This document shows positions 9,437 to 18,874 of a DNA stretch of 64,000 nt, piece by piece. Positions within the stretch are counted from its first letter, which is position 1. The number at the start of each line of letters is the position of its first letter. The translations under genes and the position numbers were made by a program. The stretch is from Candidatus Latescibacterota bacterium (GTDB lineage Bacteria; Latescibacterota; UBA2968; UBA8231), in contig OZ252098.1 of assembly GCA_965248355.1 (NCBI GenBank), positions 4,960,001 to 5,024,000 of the forward strand, read 5' to 3'. The notes beneath the pieces were generated by a model, which was given only the letters and a program-made list of their open reading frames with translations, had not been told where the DNA came from and made no database searches.

Positions 9437-9572
9437 ATCTTAGTATATACATCGGGCGAGCGCAAGCTCGCCGCCGCTCCGCAGCCTGGGGCGGCGGCCC
9501 GACCTTCGACCCTCGATGGGAGACCGGATCAGCCTTCCGCCCCATGAACCGTGCCTTTCCCAGGAAGCCGCT

Positions 9573-10682
9573 TTGAGCGGGGGCCTGCCCCTGACGAAGG
9601 TGGTCCGCGGCCTGCCGCCGCTGGTTCCCTTCATCGGCCCGGAGGCGCTCGAGCGCCGGCACGGCCGGCCCCTCCGGGTCCGGGTGGGCGCCAACGAGAG
9701 CCCCTTCGGCGTATCCCCCGCGGCCCGCGAGGCCATGCAACAGGCCCTGGAAGAGGTCTGGATGTACAACGATCCGGAGGCCCACGACCTGATCGAGGCC
9801 CTGGCCGGGCACCACGGCGTGGCGGCGGGCCGGATCCACGTGGGCGCCGGGATCGACGAGATCCTCGGCCTGCTGGTGCGCATCTTCGCCGAGCCCGGCG
9901 ACCCGGTGGTCACCTCCCTGGGCTCGTACCCGACCTTCAACTATCACGTGCACGGGTACGGCGCCCGCCTCGTCGAGGTGCCGTACGTGCGGGACCGGGT
10001 CGATTTCGAGGGGCTCGGGGCCGCCGTCCGGAAGTCGGGCGCGCACCTCGCGTACGCCGCCAATCCGGACAATCCCATGGGCACCTGGGGGACGGCGGAT
10101 CAGGCCCTGGGGCTGCTGTCGGCGCTGCCGGCCGATGCGATGCTGGTCCTGGACGAGGCCTACAGCGAGTTCGCGCCGCCGGAGGCCGTGCCGGCCATGG
10201 ACGTCTCCGATCGCCGGCTGGTGCGCACGCGCACCTTCTCCAAGGCCCACGGGATGGCCGGCGCCCGCATCGGCTACGCCATCGCCCACGAAGAGGTCGT
10301 GGCGGTGCTGGACCGGGTGCGCAACCAGTTCGGCGTCAACCGCGTGGCCCAGGCGGGCGCCCTGGCGTCCCTCGGCGAGCCCGGGCACGTCAGCGGCGTG
10401 GTCCGGCAGGTGAAGGCCGGCCGCCAGGAGCTGGTGCGGCTGGGGCAGGAGCTTGGGCTCGGCCACGTGGAGTCGGCGACGAACTTCGTCAACCTCGACC
10501 TGGGCCGCGGCGAACGGGCGCGGGCGGTGCAGGCGGCGCTGCTCGACCACGGCGTCTTCGTGCGCATGCCCTACAGGCCGCCGGGCGACCGCTGCGTGCG
10601 CGTCACCGTGGGCACCCCGGAGCAGCGCGCCGCCTTCGCCCGCGGGCTCCGGGCGGCCCTGATCGAGGTGGACGGGCGATGA
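9573..10682 (+). CDS. Histidinol-phosphate aminotransferase-like (class II PLP) enzyme
   Basis: GANESPFG, NPDNPMG, LDEAY and RTFSKAHGMAGARIG motifs. TTG 9573 after AGGAAG is preferred; ATG 9516 is an alternative. Confidence 0.85.
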   Translation: MSGGLPLTKVVRGLPPLVPFIGPEALERRHGRPLRVRVGANESPFGVSPAAREAMQQALEEVWMYNDPEAHDLIEALAGHHGVAAGRIHVGAGIDEILGLLVRIFAEPGDPVVTSLGSYPTFNYHVHGYGARLVEVPYVRDRVDFEGLGAAVRKSGAHLAYAANPDNPMGTWGTADQALGLLSALPADAMLVLDEAYSEFAPPEAVPAMDVSDRRLVRTRTFSKAHGMAGARIGYAIAHEEVVAVLDRVRNQFGVNRVAQAGALASLGEPGHVSGVVRQVKAGRQELVRLGQELGLGHVESATNFVNLDLGRGERARAVQAALLDHGVFVRMPYRPPGDRCVRVTVGTPEQRAAFARGLRAALIEVDGR

Positions 10683-11581
10683 GGATCCTGGTCTCGGGCC
10701 CCGGCGGACTGGTGGGCTCGGCGCTGATCGAGTCCCTGGACCTCAAGGGAAACGAGGTCCTTGGGCTGAGCCGCTCGGCGCCGGCGACGGGGGGGCAGGC
10801 GGTGCGCTGGGACCCCGCGGCCGGGGAGATCGACGGGGCGGCGCTGGAGGGACTCGACGCGGTGGTGCACCTGGCGGGGGAGAACGTGGCTCACGGGCGC
10901 TGGACGGCGGCGCGCAAGGAGCGCATCCGCGCCAGCCGGGTGGAGGGCACCCGGCTCCTGTGCGAAGCACTGGCCGCCTGCGCGCGCAAGCCCGAGGCGC
11001 TGGTGTGCGCCTCGGCCATCGGCTACTACGGCAGCCGCGGCGCCGAGATCTGCGTCGAGGAGACCGCTCCGGCGGACGACTTCCTCGCCCGGGTCGCCAT
11101 GGACTGGGAGCGGTCCACGGCGGCGGCGGCGGCGGCGGGGATCCGGGTCGTCAATCTGCGCATCGGCGTGGTCCTGAGTCCGCGAGGCGGCATGCTGGCG
11201 AGGGTGACGACGCCCTTCCGGCTGGGCCTGGGAGGCCGCCTGGGCACGGGCCGGCAGTATCTGAGCTGGATCACGTTGGAGGACCTGGTGGGGGTGATCG
11301 AGGAGGCCCTGGGCAACCGGCGGCTCTCGGGGCCGGTGAACGCCGTCGCGCCCGGACCGGTGACCAACCGCGAGTTCACCCGGGCCTTGAGCCGCGTGCT
11401 GCGGCGGCCGGCGCTCCTGCCTCTGCCCTCGTGGCTGGTGAAGCGGGTCTGGGCGGAGATGGGCGAGACCCTGATGTTGTCGAGCACCCGGGTGGAGCCG
11501 GCACGGCTGGCCGCGGCCGGGTTCGCCTTCAGGCATCCCGAGATCGACACGGCCCTGCGGGACCTGCTGCGGGGGGGCTGA
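10679..11581 (+). CDS. TIGR01777-type NAD-dependent epimerase/oxidoreductase (YfcH-like)
   Basis: GPGGLVG, VHLAGENV, SAIGYYG, LRIGVVL and GPVNAVAP motifs; ATGA overlap with the upstream gene. Confidence 0.88.
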   Translation: MRILVSGPGGLVGSALIESLDLKGNEVLGLSRSAPATGGQAVRWDPAAGEIDGAALEGLDAVVHLAGENVAHGRWTAARKERIRASRVEGTRLLCEALAACARKPEALVCASAIGYYGSRGAEICVEETAPADDFLARVAMDWERSTAAAAAAGIRVVNLRIGVVLSPRGGMLARVTTPFRLGLGGRLGTGRQYLSWITLEDLVGVIEEALGNRRLSGPVNAVAPGPVTNREFTRALSRVLRRPALLPLPSWLVKRVWAEMGETLMLSSTRVEPARLAAAGFAFRHPEIDTALRDLLRGG

Positions 11582-11589
11582 CCGGACTA

Positions 11590-12495
11590 GTGCGCGTCAG
11601 CTACAGCGACGGCTACTTCGTGCCCCTGCCCGAAGGACATCCCTTTCCCATGGCCAAGTTCCCGGCCCTTCACCGGATCCTGCTGCGCGAAGGACTGATC
11701 CGCAACGGCCACCGGGCCGAGCCCTCCCCGGCCGGCCGGGAGGTGCTGGGCCTGGTGCACACCGACCGCTACCTGGACGAGCTGGAGACGGGTCTGGAAC
11801 GCGCCGCCGAGCGCCGCCTCGGACTGCCCTGGAGCGAGGCCCTGGCGCGGCGTTCGCGCCTGGCCGTGGGCGGCACCGCCCTGGCGGCGCGCATGGCCAT
11901 GGAGGACGGGATCGCCGCCAACCTGGCCGGGGGCACGCACCACGCCTACCCCGATCACGGCGAGGGCTTCTGCGTGCTCAACGACGTGGCCGTGGCGATC
12001 CGGCTGCTGCGCGGCGAGGGGCTCCTCGACCGGGCCCTTGTGATCGACCTGGACGTGCACCAGGGCAACGGCACGGCGGCGGTCTTCGCCGGCGACCCCC
12101 GGACCTTCACCCTCTCCTTCCACGGGCAGCGGAACTACCCCTTCCGGAAGGAGGCCTCCTCCCTCGACGTCGGTCTCCCCGACGGCACCGGAGACGACGA
12201 CTACCTGGACCACCTGACGGCGGCCCTGCCGGAGGTCCTGGTCGCGAGCCGGCCCGATCTGATCGTGTACCTGGCCGGGGTCGACCCCCTCGCCGGCGAC
12301 CGCTACGGCCGGCTGGCGCTGACCCGCGAAGGGCTGCACCGCAGGGACCGCGCCGTGCTGGCCGCGGCCCGGGGGTCCGGCGCGGCGCTGCTTCTTGTGA
12401 TGTCCGGCGGATACGCCTCCTCGCCCGAAGAGACGGCGGACCTGCACGCCGTCGCCCACCGCGAGGCCCGCCAGGTCTACGGGGGGCCGGCTTGA
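11590..12495 (+). CDS. Histone deacetylase family (Zn-dependent amidohydrolase)
   Basis: HPFPMAKF, GGTHHA, GFC, DLDVHQGNGT, GVDP and GGY motifs. Confidence 0.9.
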   Translation: MRVSYSDGYFVPLPEGHPFPMAKFPALHRILLREGLIRNGHRAEPSPAGREVLGLVHTDRYLDELETGLERAAERRLGLPWSEALARRSRLAVGGTALAARMAMEDGIAANLAGGTHHAYPDHGEGFCVLNDVAVAIRLLRGEGLLDRALVIDLDVHQGNGTAAVFAGDPRTFTLSFHGQRNYPFRKEASSLDVGLPDGTGDDDYLDHLTAALPEVLVASRPDLIVYLAGVDPLAGDRYGRLALTREGLHRRDRAVLAAARGSGAALLLVMSGGYASSPEETADLHAVAHREARQVYGGPA

Positions 12496-12950
12496 TCCTG
12501 CTCCTGCTGCACGTGGCGGCGACCCTCTACATGACCGCCCTCGCCTGGTTCGTGCAGGTCGTCCACTATCCGCTGATGCACCGCGTGGGGGAGACGAGGT
12601 TCCGGCAGTACCAGGCGGGGCACGCGCGGCGCTCGAGCCTGGTGTCGGCGCCGGTGATGCTCTTCGAGCTGGTCACCGGCGTCTGGCTGGCCCTGGAGCC
12701 GCCGGACGTCGTCGGCGACCCGCCCATGCTGTTGAACGCGGCCCTCCTCGCGGTCCTGTGGATCTCGACGTTCCTGCTCCAGAGGCCCCTGCACCAGGAG
12801 CTGGCCGAGGGCTACGACCAGGCGAAGGTGGACCGGCTGGTGGCCACCAGCTGGATCCGCACCCTTGCCTGGACCCTGCGGGCCCTGCTGCTGGTGGTGC
12901 TGCTGGTGCTGTTCGCCGAAGGCAGGCAGAGCCTGGGCCTGGGCGGTTGA
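12492..12950 (+). CDS. Hypothetical multi-pass membrane protein
   Basis: About four hydrophobic helices; WFVQVVHYP and SWIRT motifs; TTGA overlap with the upstream stop. Confidence 0.75.
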   Translation: MILLLLHVAATLYMTALAWFVQVVHYPLMHRVGETRFRQYQAGHARRSSLVSAPVMLFELVTGVWLALEPPDVVGDPPMLLNAALLAVLWISTFLLQRPLHQELAEGYDQAKVDRLVATSWIRTLAWTLRALLLVVLLVLFAEGRQSLGLGG

Positions 12951-12954
12951 GCCC

Positions 12955-13338
12955 TCATCCGGCCGGGATCTTCCAGGGAAGCCACACGGAGACGGCCACC
13001 AGGAAGGCGGTCAGGGCCAGGGCGTAGAGCCCGGAGTAGAGGGGCAGCCTCCAGGCGCGCCGCACGATAGCCAGCCGCCGCTCGTCGTCCTCGATGGGCT
13101 CCGTGCCGGACTCGGTGGAGCAGACGCCGCGGGCGGCGTTGAGGACGCAGACGCGGGTCCGGGACTCGGCCAGGGAGAAGGTGCCGACCCAGAGCGGCAC
13201 GAAGACCACGAGGCGCAGCGCCAGGGGCGCGCCGGTCACGGTGAGCAGGGCCATCAGGCCGAGGGCGAACACCAGGAAGAGGACGCCGAGGAAGAGGCGG
13301 AAGCGCGCTCCGTCGACGCCGATGTTCCCCGCGGTCAT
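12955..13338 (-). CDS. Hypothetical membrane protein
   Basis: MTAGNIGVDGARFRL.. with three hydrophobic segments; ATGA overlap with the hydrolase stop. Confidence 0.65.
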   Translation of the reverse strand: MTAGNIGVDGARFRLFLGVLFLVFALGLMALLTVTGAPLALRLVVFVPLWVGTFSLAESRTRVCVLNAARGVCSTESGTEPIEDDERRLAIVRRAWRLPLYSGLYALALTAFLVAVSVWLPWKIPAG

Positions 13339-14366
13339 CGCCGCGCCGCACCCGCGGGGGAGGCGGGGCTCTTCTCCCCCTCGACACGGCGCCGGATCCA
13401 GTCCCGGATGAGGGCCGCGGTCTCGGTGGGGTATTCGAGGTGCGGCGCGTGGCCGCAGGCCTCGAAGATGTGCAGCGTGGCGCCGGGGATCTCGGCCTCG
13501 AAGAGCAGCCCGAACAAGGGCGGCACGATGCGGTCCTCGGCACCCCACAGCACGAGGGTGGGCACGTCGATCTCCCGGTAGCGGTCGGTGAAGCGGGCGA
13601 TGTCGCCCGGGACCAGATTGCGCGCCGAGGCCTGGTAGGCCCTCACCGTGTTCGCCTCGCGCAGGAGGTGGACGGCCTTGTCCACCAGCTCTTCGGGGAT
13701 CTTGCCGGGATCGTGGAAGACGCGCCGGAAGGTGGAGCGCACGATGGCGCGCGCCAGGCCGGTGCCGAGCCCGAAGGCCAGGACCAGCCGGTTCAGCAGC
13801 AGCCGGCCGGGCCAGTCGGCCAGCAGGCGGATGTGCAGGGGAAGGGCCTGGGGGTAACCGGTGGCATCCTCCAGCACCAGTCCCCGGACCCGGGGTCCGC
13901 CGGGCCAGGGCGTGCACAGGCTGCGCAGGAAGACCCCGCCTCCGAAGGAGTTGCCCACCAGGACCACCTCGTCGAGACCGAGCCGCTCGACGAAGGCGCG
14001 GACGAAGCCGACCTGGGCCTCGGCCCCGTATCGCCGGGAGGCGGGCAGGGAGCTGAACTCTGGTTTGCTGCTGCGGCCGAAGCCGACCAGATCGGGGGCG
14101 ATCACGTGGTACCCGGCCTCGACCAGGTGGGGCGTCAGGGAGGACCAGGTGCCCTTGTGGTCGAACAGACCGTGGAGCAGCAGCACGTGGAGGGATGCGC
14201 CGGGATCTCCGTGCTCGGCGTAGGCCATGCGGATGTCGCGGCCTCCGTCTTCGCCGATGACCACGGAGGGCGAGCCGCCCGGCGCCGGCGCGCTGTGTCG
14301 ACCCTGATCCTTCAGGATGGGCGCGGGCAAGCCGGGGGCGGCAGGGGGGTCGGGATGGGAGTCCAT
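13335..14366 (-). CDS. Alpha/beta fold hydrolase
   Basis: LLHG, DLVGFGRS, GNSFGG (nucleophile), WGAEDRIVP and CGHAPHLE motifs. Confidence 0.88.
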   Translation of the reverse strand: MDSHPDPPAAPGLPAPILKDQGRHSAPAPGGSPSVVIGEDGGRDIRMAYAEHGDPGASLHVLLLHGLFDHKGTWSSLTPHLVEAGYHVIAPDLVGFGRSSKPEFSSLPASRRYGAEAQVGFVRAFVERLGLDEVVLVGNSFGGGVFLRSLCTPWPGGPRVRGLVLEDATGYPQALPLHIRLLADWPGRLLLNRLVLAFGLGTGLARAIVRSTFRRVFHDPGKIPEELVDKAVHLLREANTVRAYQASARNLVPGDIARFTDRYREIDVPTLVLWGAEDRIVPPLFGLLFEAEIPGATLHIFEACGHAPHLEYPTETAALIRDWIRRRVEGEKSPASPAGAARR

Positions 14367-14400
14367 GGGCAGCCGGACCTCTTTCCGGGGTCCGGGCGGC

Positions 14401-14429
14401 AGTATAGCGGGGCCTGTCAGGGGCGGCAA
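14401..14429 (-). promoter_or_regulatory. Sigma70-like promoter for the hydrolase (TTGCCG-N17-TATACT)
   Basis: Read on the minus strand with a 17-bp spacer. Confidence 0.5.
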
Positions 14430-15403
14430 GGCGCACTCCCGCCTTGTTTCGCCGCGCTCAGCTCCGCCAGCAGGTCGCGCCAGGCCCGCCGTTCGCGCGC
14501 CGGCTCGACCAGGACGGCCCGCTCGCGGCAGGCCCGCCCCAGCCGGTCGTAGAAGGCGGTGTCCGTCTCCGCCCGGGACAGCAGGTCGGCCAGGGCCTGG
14601 GTGTCGCCCACGGGGAAATACCCCGGATACCCGGGTCCGAGGAGACCGATGGAACCGGAGATCTCCGAGGAGACCACGGGCACCCCGAAGGCCAGGGCTT
14701 CGCAGACGACGTTGGCCCCGCCCTCCATCCGCGAGGTGAGGACCAGGAGGTGGCTGCGCCACAGCAGGCGCAGGGCCCGCCAGCGGGGCAGCTCGCCGAT
14801 CCAGCGGTAGCGCGGGTTGCGGACCTCCTCCCGCCGGGCGCGGACGGCCAGGTCCCGCTCCAGGGCACCGCCGGCCTGGACGACGCGAAGCCTCGAGGCC
14901 GCCGGCAGCCTCCGCGCCGCGGCCGCGGTTCTCAGCGGATCCTTCACCCCCCGCAGGTGACCCAGGACGCAGACCTGGAAGGCGCCGCTCACGGGCCGGG
15001 AGGGACGCCTCGGGGGGCGCAGGGACTGGACGATGACCCGCGCCCGGGGGCGCAGCCGCTCCGGCAGCTCCTCCACCCCGGCCTCCTGGAGGACGATCAG
15101 CCGGTCGGCCAGCTCCAGGCTGGCCCGGGCCCCGGCGTCGGTGCGGATGTCGCCGTAGAGGTCCGTGCCGGTCAGGGCCAGGACCAGGGGCCGGTCCGGG
15201 CGCCGCCCCTGGAAGCGCACCATGGAGTCCCGGCTGCGGCGCGCGTGGAGGGCCACCATCAGGTCGCAGCGCTGGTCCTCGAAGGCGACGGCGAGTCGCG
15301 CCTCGTGCCCGAGCTCGCGCAGGACCCGGGCCCAGCGCAGGGCCGTCACCCGGTTGCCCGAGCGGGACCTGGGAGGCGCCGGGGTGACGATGAGGACCCT
15401 CAT
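14417..15403 (-). CDS. senB: Selenosugar synthase SenB (TIGR04348-type glycosyltransferase)
   Basis: IVTP..SGNRVTALRWA, ALHARRS, LTGTDLY, GHLRGVKDP and SRMEGGANV motifs; adjacent to an EgtB-like gene and selD. Confidence 0.9.
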   Translation of the reverse strand: MRVLIVTPAPPRSRSGNRVTALRWARVLRELGHEARLAVAFEDQRCDLMVALHARRSRDSMVRFQGRRPDRPLVLALTGTDLYGDIRTDAGARASLELADRLIVLQEAGVEELPERLRPRARVIVQSLRPPRRPSRPVSGAFQVCVLGHLRGVKDPLRTAAAARRLPAASRLRVVQAGGALERDLAVRARREEVRNPRYRWIGELPRWRALRLLWRSHLLVLTSRMEGGANVVCEALAFGVPVVSSEISGSIGLLGPGYPGYFPVGDTQALADLLSRAETDTAFYDRLGRACRERAVLVEPARERRAWRDLLAELSAAKQGGSAPCRP

Positions 15404-15419
15404 GGCACCCGGGGATTCC

Positions 15420-16736
15420 TCACAAGGCGCAGGTGCGGAACCCGGTGAGCACGTCGCGGCGGTCGGGGGTCTGGAAGTTCCGGTACCCCGTGCGGGCCAG
15501 ACGCGCCCGGGTGGTCCAGCAGCCGCCGCGCATGACCTTGCGGGAGTGGAAGCAGGGCTCCGAGTACTCCTTGTAGGGATCCGGCTCGAATCCGGGGAAG
15601 GGCTCGAAGGTGGTGCTCGTCCACTCCCAGACGTTGCCGATCATCTGGCGGCAGCCCCAGGGGCTGTCACCGTCCGGCAGGCCGCCCACGTCCACGGTGC
15701 CCATGGCCCGCCAGTCGAGGTTGGCCCGTTCCGGGCCGGGAGCCCCGTCGCCCCACGGCCAGGGGCGGCGGCTCTCCGACAACCCGCCCCCGGCGGTGGG
15801 CTCGGCCACGGCGGCGGCCTCCCACTCCGCTTCGGTGGGGAGCCGGCGGCCGGCCCAGCGGCACCAGGCGTCGGCCTCGAACCAGTTCACGTGGATCACG
15901 GGGCGGTGCGGCTCGAGGTCGTGCCAGGCGTCGAAGTGGCGGCGCTGCCAGCCGCCGCCGCCCCGGCGCCAGTAGCAGGGGTGCTCGGCCCCTGCCTCGA
16001 CGCGCCAGGTCCAGCCCTCCTCGCTCCAGAGGCGTTCGTCGGCGTAGCCGCCGTCGTCGACGAACTCGGCGAAGCGCTCCTGGGAGACGGGGGCGCGGGC
16101 GATGCGGAAGGCCGGCAGCTCCACGGGGTGGGCCCACTTCTCGTTGTCGAAGACGAAGGGCGCGCCCCGCTCGGAGCCGAGGCGGTAGAGGCCGCCGGGG
16201 ACCTCGGCGTCCCCCGTCAGCCCGCCGCCGCCGATCTCCTCCTCGGAGCGGGGCACGCCCAGCCGGGGCGCCGGCCAGCCGTGGGTCTGGCGGGTGTACG
16301 TGAGGGCCTCGGTGTGCATGTCCTCGTGGAGCACCGAGTAGAGGGCGTGGTAGAGGACGTCGTCGCCGGGCGGATCGGCCAGCAGCAGCTCCTCGGTGCG
16401 GTCGAGGACCTCGCGAACGTAGCCGAGGGTTTCCTCCCGCGACGGCAGCGGCAGGTCCCAGCGCCGCTCGTGGGCGATGGCGATCGAGTCGTAGAGGTCG
16501 TCCTCGTCGGCGCGGACCGGGGCCTGGCCGCCGGCGTGGCGCACCACCCACCGGGACTGGAACCAGGCGTGGTGGCCGATCTCCCACAGGCCGGGGTTGA
16601 CGATGGCCAGCTGCGGGCCGAGCAGTTGCTCGTCGGTGAGGTCCGAGACCAGCTCCAGGGTGCGCTGCCGGGCGTCGCGGACCCAGCGAGCCAGCTCTTC
16701 CCGGGCGATCATGTCGAGGATGCGGTGCTCGGGCAT
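15420..16736 (-). CDS. senA: Selenoneine synthase SenA (EgtB-related DinB + FGE-sulfatase domains)
   Basis: WEIGH, HEDMHTE (metal ligands), FDNEKWAH, GNVWEWT and YRNF..RRD..GFRT motifs; lies between senB and selD. Confidence 0.87.
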   Translation of the reverse strand: MPEHRILDMIAREELARWVRDARQRTLELVSDLTDEQLLGPQLAIVNPGLWEIGHHAWFQSRWVVRHAGGQAPVRADEDDLYDSIAIAHERRWDLPLPSREETLGYVREVLDRTEELLLADPPGDDVLYHALYSVLHEDMHTEALTYTRQTHGWPAPRLGVPRSEEEIGGGGLTGDAEVPGGLYRLGSERGAPFVFDNEKWAHPVELPAFRIARAPVSQERFAEFVDDGGYADERLWSEEGWTWRVEAGAEHPCYWRRGGGGWQRRHFDAWHDLEPHRPVIHVNWFEADAWCRWAGRRLPTEAEWEAAAVAEPTAGGGLSESRRPWPWGDGAPGPERANLDWRAMGTVDVGGLPDGDSPWGCRQMIGNVWEWTSTTFEPFPGFEPDPYKEYSEPCFHSRKVMRGGCWTTRARLARTGYRNFQTPDRRDVLTGFRTCAL

Positions 16737-16851
16737 CTTTCCCCCTTCTGGTATGCACGTAAAGATACGTCCCCGTGGCGGGGCAACCGCTTTGCCTCCC
16801 CCGCGAGGGATGACTAGGTTCCGCCCCCCCCAACAAGGATCCGGAGACCGA

Positions 16852-17907
16852 ATGACTCTGCCGAACAAGGACATAACCCTCACGAGCCTGGCCAGGACCT
16901 GCGGCTGAGCGGCGAAAGTGAGTCCGGTCGGACTCGCCACGCTGCTGGAAGGGCTTCCGGGCCAGGTCGACCCGAACCTGCTCGTCGGGTTCGAGACGAG
17001 TGACGACGCGGCCGTCTACCGGCTCGACGACGAGCGCGCGCTGGTGCTCACGGCGGACATCATCACGCCGCCGGTGGACGATCCGGTGCTCTTCGGCCGG
17101 ATCGCCGCGGCCAACTCGTTGAGCGACGTGTACGCCATGGGCGGCCGGCCCCTGGCGGCGCTGAACCTGCTGGGCTTTCCCGGCGACCAGCTCGGACCCG
17201 AGGTGCTGGCCGGCATCGTCGCCGGGGCCCGCGAGAAGGTCGTGGAGGCCGGCGCCGTGCTCGCCGGAGGCCATACCACGGACGACGAGGAGCCCAAGTT
17301 CGGCCTCTCCGTCACCGGTCTCGTGCACCCGGAGCGCTACTGGCGCAACGTGGGAGCGCGTCCGGGCGACGCCCTCGTGCTGACCAAGCCCATCGGCAGC
17401 GGCGTGCTGTTCAACGGGAACCTGCGGGGCTGGGTCTCGGCCGAGGCGCTGGCCGCCTGCGTGGAGTCCCTGACGACGTTGAACCGGGCGGCTGCCGAAG
17501 GCCTGGCCCGCTTCGAGGTGCACTCCGCCACCGACGTGACCGGCTTCGGCCTGGCCGGTCACGCCTTCGAGATGGCCAGCGGCTCGGGGGTGACCCTGCA
17601 CATCGACGCCGGCGCCGTGCCCGTGTACGACGAGGCTCTCGACATGTACCGGAGGGGCGTTTCCACCGGCGTGAACCGGGCCAACCGCGAGCTCGTCGAG
17701 GCCTCCACCCGGTTCGCACCCGGCCTGCCGGAGGAGTGGCGCGAGCTGGCCGTCGATCCGCAGACCAGCGGCGGGCTGCTGGCCGCCCTCCCGGCGGACC
17801 AGGCCCGCGAAGCCGTGGGCGCCCTGGTCGATGGGGGTGTGCCGGCTGCGGCCGTCGTCGGCCACGTCCGACCCCAGGAGGGAGAGGTGCACCTGGTCTT
17901 CAGCTGA
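16852..17907 (+). CDS. selD: Selenide, water dikinase (SelD/SenC), selenocysteine-containing (UGA codon 19 at 16906-16908)
   Basis: GGAG RBS then ATG 16852 reads MTLPNKDITLTSLARTCG-UGA-AAKVSP, in frame with ORF 16918..17907 (DDAAVY, NSLSDVYAMGG, GGHT, TDVTGFGL, DPQTSGGLL). Confidence 0.92.
16909..16942 (+). promoter_or_regulatory. Bacterial SECIS-like hairpin
   Basis: GUGAGUCC-GGUC-GGACUCGC stem-loop at 16918-16937; the G-initiated apical loop begins 18 nt after the UGA. Confidence 0.8.
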
Positions 17908-17977
17908 GGGCTCGCCCGTCTCCGTTCCGCCGCCCACGGCGGCGCCATCCACACCAATCACAGAGGGCCGTACAAGA

Positions 17978-18874
17978 ATGATGCGATGGATCCTGCTGCT
18001 TGCCGTGCTCCCTTGGCTCGAGACCCCCGCGAGCGCCGCGGAGGAGGTCTTTCGCTTCACCGCGATCCCCGACCAGGACACGGCGAGACTGAAGGAGCGG
18101 TTCGACAAGGTCGCCGCGTACCTGGGCTCGAAGCTCGGCGTCCCCGTGGAGTACGTGCCGGTCAAGTCGTACGCCGCCTCGGTGTCCGCCTTCAAGAACG
18201 GAGAGGTGCAGCTGGCCTGGTTCGGGGGCCTGTCCGGCGTCCAGGCCCGCCGCGGCGTGCCCGGCTCGCAGGCCATCGCCCAGGGTCAGGAGGACGTGGA
18301 GTTCGTCACCTACTTCATCGCCCACACCAGCACCGGCCTTCGAGAGGCGGCCACCTGCCCCTGCAGCGGGGCGGACAGGGAAGCGGGCTTCCCGGCCGGG
18401 ATCGCCGGCAAGACCTTCACCTTCGGCTCCAAGGGATCGACCTCGGGGCGGCTCATGCCGGAGTACTTCATCCGCCGCCACTTCGGCAAGCCCCCGGGGG
18501 AGGTCTTCGAGCGCGTCGGCTTCAGCGGCGACCACTCCAAGACCCTGGCCCTCGTGCAGTCCGGCGCCTACCAGGCCGGGGCCCTGAACTACAAGGTGTG
18601 GGAGAACGAGATGGCGGCGGGCCGCGTGGACACGTCCAAGGTGCGCGTCGTCTGGCGCACGCCGACCTACCCGGACTACAACTGGTCGATCCGCGGCGAC
18701 GTGGACCGCCGCTACGGAGAGGGTTTCACCGACCGCGTCCGCCAGGCCCTGCTGGGCATGGAGGACCGGGGACTGCTCGACTCCTTCCCGCGGGCGGCGT
18801 TCATCGCCGCCGACAACACCATGTACGCGCCGATCGTCGAGACCGGCAGGGCCATCGGCATCCTCGAGGAGTGA
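17978..18874 (+). CDS. PhnD-like ABC substrate-binding protein (putative selenium-compound/selenate type)
   Basis: Signal peptide; FTAIPDQD, AWFGGLSGVQAR, FTFGSKGSTSGRLMP, FSGDHS and YPDYNW motifs; follows selD. Confidence 0.85.
   Translation: MMRWILLLAVLPWLETPASAAEEVFRFTAIPDQDTARLKERFDKVAAYLGSKLGVPVEYVPVKSYAASVSAFKNGEVQLAWFGGLSGVQARRGVPGSQAIAQGQEDVEFVTYFIAHTSTGLREAATCPCSGADREAGFPAGIAGKTFTFGSKGSTSGRLMPEYFIRRHFGKPPGEVFERVGFSGDHSKTLALVQSGAYQAGALNYKVWENEMAAGRVDTSKVRVVWRTPTYPDYNWSIRGDVDRRYGEGFTDRVRQALLGMEDRGLLDSFPRAAFIAADNTMYAPIVETGRAIGILEE

Noticed and set aside
13335..14366. Alpha/beta hydrolase as part of the sen operon
   Set aside because: It has its own promoter-like element (14401-14429) and no known role in selenoneine synthesis; not excluded, but unsupported.
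16918..17907. selD starting at GTG 16918, or selD pseudogene
   Set aside because: That start would omit the catalytic residue and Lys. The RBS/ATG at 16852 and the SECIS-like hairpin support Sec recoding.
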